Shown here piece by piece: positions 61,501 to 64,000 of a stretch of DNA of 64,000 nucleotides (the first letter of the stretch is position 1; each line of letters begins with the position of its first letter). Location: contig NC_057719.1 in the NCBI RefSeq assembly GCF_004010195.1, positions 15,096,974 through 15,160,973 on the forward strand. Reading direction: 5' to 3'. The position numbers and the translations under genes were made by a program. The notes beneath the pieces were generated by a model, which ran no database searches, was not told where the DNA came from, and saw only the letters and a program-made list of their open reading frames with translations. The stretch is from Chiloscyllium plagiosum. Lineage: Eukaryota.

Positions 61501-63094
61501 AGCAGAACAGTGACTTGCAGCCAGTGCTCTGTGGCTGCAGTTTGTGGAAGTGTGCTTTAGCTAAACAACAGCCACTCCATTACATTAATAACCATCCACG
61601 TCTTTACAACATTGAATGATAGATAATCAAAAACAAAATTGGTGATTCATGTCAACTAATATTCCACAATATATTAATGGAATGTGATGAAGGAAGTTGG
61701 TAGGATGCTTGTGTGGGGCCATGCTATAAGTGCAATGTAACACGAGACAATCCCTGCCCTACTCTTCACATTGATTTTCAATTTCTTCACAGCCTAATGG
61801 CACTGTCAACCCTGTTCTTCATATTCAGAACCCCTGCCCTTTTCTTCATCTAATTTTCTGCCCTATAATCAGAACCTTTGTCTTTTTGTTATGTTTTAAT
61901 TCTCTTTTTTTGCAAATGGACTCCCCACCCAGTTCGACACAATGTGATTCCAAACTGCTCCCTCTGGTGTAGGTGCAGTTTTGGAAATGGTTGCTTGACT
62001 CATTGATAAATGCAGGCATTCCACTGGCCTGCTTAGTAATGTGAACATAATCAAAAATTTATATAGTCAAAAACGACATCGAGATCAGGCTTTCCTACAG
62101 AAATATCATTTATCCCAAATTGACACGCTATCATAATTTCTAAGTTATTTATCTTTCTTCTGTTCTCTCAAATTCCATGACAGTTTGCAGCGTACACTCA
62201 CTCAATCAATAGAGCAGGTACCCATGCTGATGTGCATTAGTGGTTTGGCCTACTTTCCTTTATTTAACATATTTTGGTGCCAAAGTAGATGTTCACTAAG
62301 GTTAGGGCTCCCCCTATTGTCTGCTGTTTGAACTCTGACTGAGATGTTTACGGTGTATAAATGACTTTGCTCCAAGTGCGTCATGTTTGCTATCACACAA
62401 GGACCATTCCCCAATGTTGTACAAGGAGTGAATAACCTCCCAGCAGTTTAAATATAAAATTATGCATAAAGGTTGCTGTTAAGTAATTCAGTCCCCAGAA
62501 ATGTGCTAACAATTAAGCTGAAAAGCTGGGATGGTTATAATCCTGGTTATGCTAGATCCTTTATCATGTGGGATCCTATACCATGTTTTCTCACTTTCTA
62601 TTCCATATATGACATGAAAATTGGAAACTATTTTCATGAATAGTTGACAATGTGTTATGGCATACAGATTTGGACTATGTTCCACTCAAACCTGAATGGT
62701 GGGGCCTATGATTGTGCAGTGTGACATTAATGAGGATTTTTAATTTCAAAACCACCATTAACACTGACAAGCAGAAGTATTTTAAATTGTAAGTACTCTT
62801 TGATAGAACCAACATGCTAACTTGTTTAACCTCTTAGCTTTACCATGATTCATTTAAAATCCCAGTTTCACTCTCCTCATTTCTGATATTGGTACGTTGA
62901 CTCGCAGGAGCAACAAGCCTAGAAATCTCTAATTTTTACATCTTTTCAATGAATACAGGAACATATCCATTCTTCAATATCACAGAGATAATGTTTTTGT
63001 ATAATTTTGAATCAAATTATATAATGTATTTCAAATCTATTTGAAAAGTTTGCAAAATATGGATCTCTTCCACACTTGTGGTTCTATTTCAGAC

Positions 63095-64000
63095 TTTTTT
63101 ATTTGCTCTTGAGATGTGGGCACTGTTGGTTGGCAAGCATTTATTGTCCATCCTTAGTTAGCCTTGAGAAAGTGGTGCTTCCTCTTGAATCACTGCAATC
63201 AATGTGCTGCAGGTTGTTGTTCAAGAGAACGTTCCAGGGCTTTGACCCAGCGATACTGAAGGAACAGCTATAGATTTCTAAGTCAGCATGGTAAGTGGTT
63301 TGGCAGGGAAATTGGGTGGCAATCCCAATATCTTTTGCCCTTGTACTTCTAGTTGGATTTGGTCGTGGGTTTGGAAGGTGCTGTCTAGGGGGCTTTGGTG
63401 AATTTCTGCAGTGCATCTAGTAGATGGTACACACTGCTGTTATTGAGCATTAGTGGTGCTGCACTCATCCAGGCAAGTGGGGAGTATTCCATCATACCCC
63501 TGACTTGTGCCTTGTAGATGGTGGAGAGGCTTTGGGGTGTCAGGAGGTGAGTTACTTGCGGCAGGAATCCTTGCTTCTGATCTGAGGTCACATGCTACTT
63601 GTCTGTCCAAACCTGGATATTGTCCAGGCTTTGCTTTGTTTTATTCACTCATAGGATGCAGGTGGCACTGTCTGGGTCAGAATTATAGCCCATTGCTTTT
63701 TGCCCCTGAGAAGGTGATGGTGATCTGCTTCCTTGAATAATAGCAGTCCATTTGTTGCATTTGGTCATGGACTGCTTCAATATGTGAAGTGTTGGGAAGG
63801 GTGCTGAACATTGTGCAAACAACAGAAGACATCTCCACTTCTGACTTTATGTTGGATGGAACGTCATCATGATATATCTCTATTGTCATATAACGACAGC
63901 AGATACTGAGGATGTTGAAAAATATCATTCAAAGAACATTGGATCAAAAATGGATCAACTACTTGCTTGGTTGCAGGTAAACACCAACACAGAAATGAAC
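63095..64000 (-). mobile_element. LINE family B fragments (two 3' ends plus an internal RT piece)
   Basis: LLTPQSLSTIYKAQVRGMMEYSPLAWMSAAP on the minus strand; gcatttattg(t)ccatcc tail. Confidence 0.85.

Overview
Eukaryotic, repeat-saturated non-coding DNA, very probably from a shark. The evidence is abundant HE1/V-SINE-type SINEs with TAATC tails, their partner CR1 (HER1-like) LINEs, and a Deu-domain SINE. I cannot support any host protein-coding gene, rRNA, true tRNA gene or CRISPR array; the recognisable long ORFs are decayed or antisense transposon frames. Well over half the window is nested retroelement debris: CR1 LINEs (two near-complete ORF2 copies), a second CR1-group LINE family ('family B'), RTE, L2, several SINE families, a Ty3/Gypsy relic, a probable solo LTR and many Penelope-like element (PLE) fragments. 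The most interesting signal is in the PLE terminal repeats. At least four sequence families carry a minimal type-I hammerhead ribozyme layout (CUGANGA-stem II-GAAA-palindromic stem III-UH). They occur as a tandem pair 406 nt apart, as short head-to-head palindromic insertions with 12-15 bp target-site duplications (TSDs), and as a 25-nt micro-insertion. Hammerheads in PLEs are known in general, so this is a plausible lineage-specific instance rather than a proven new system. There are also several unusual rearrangement scars. All calls were made by eye; repeat boundaries are approximate (about +/-20-30 bp) unless a junction or TSD is quoted.
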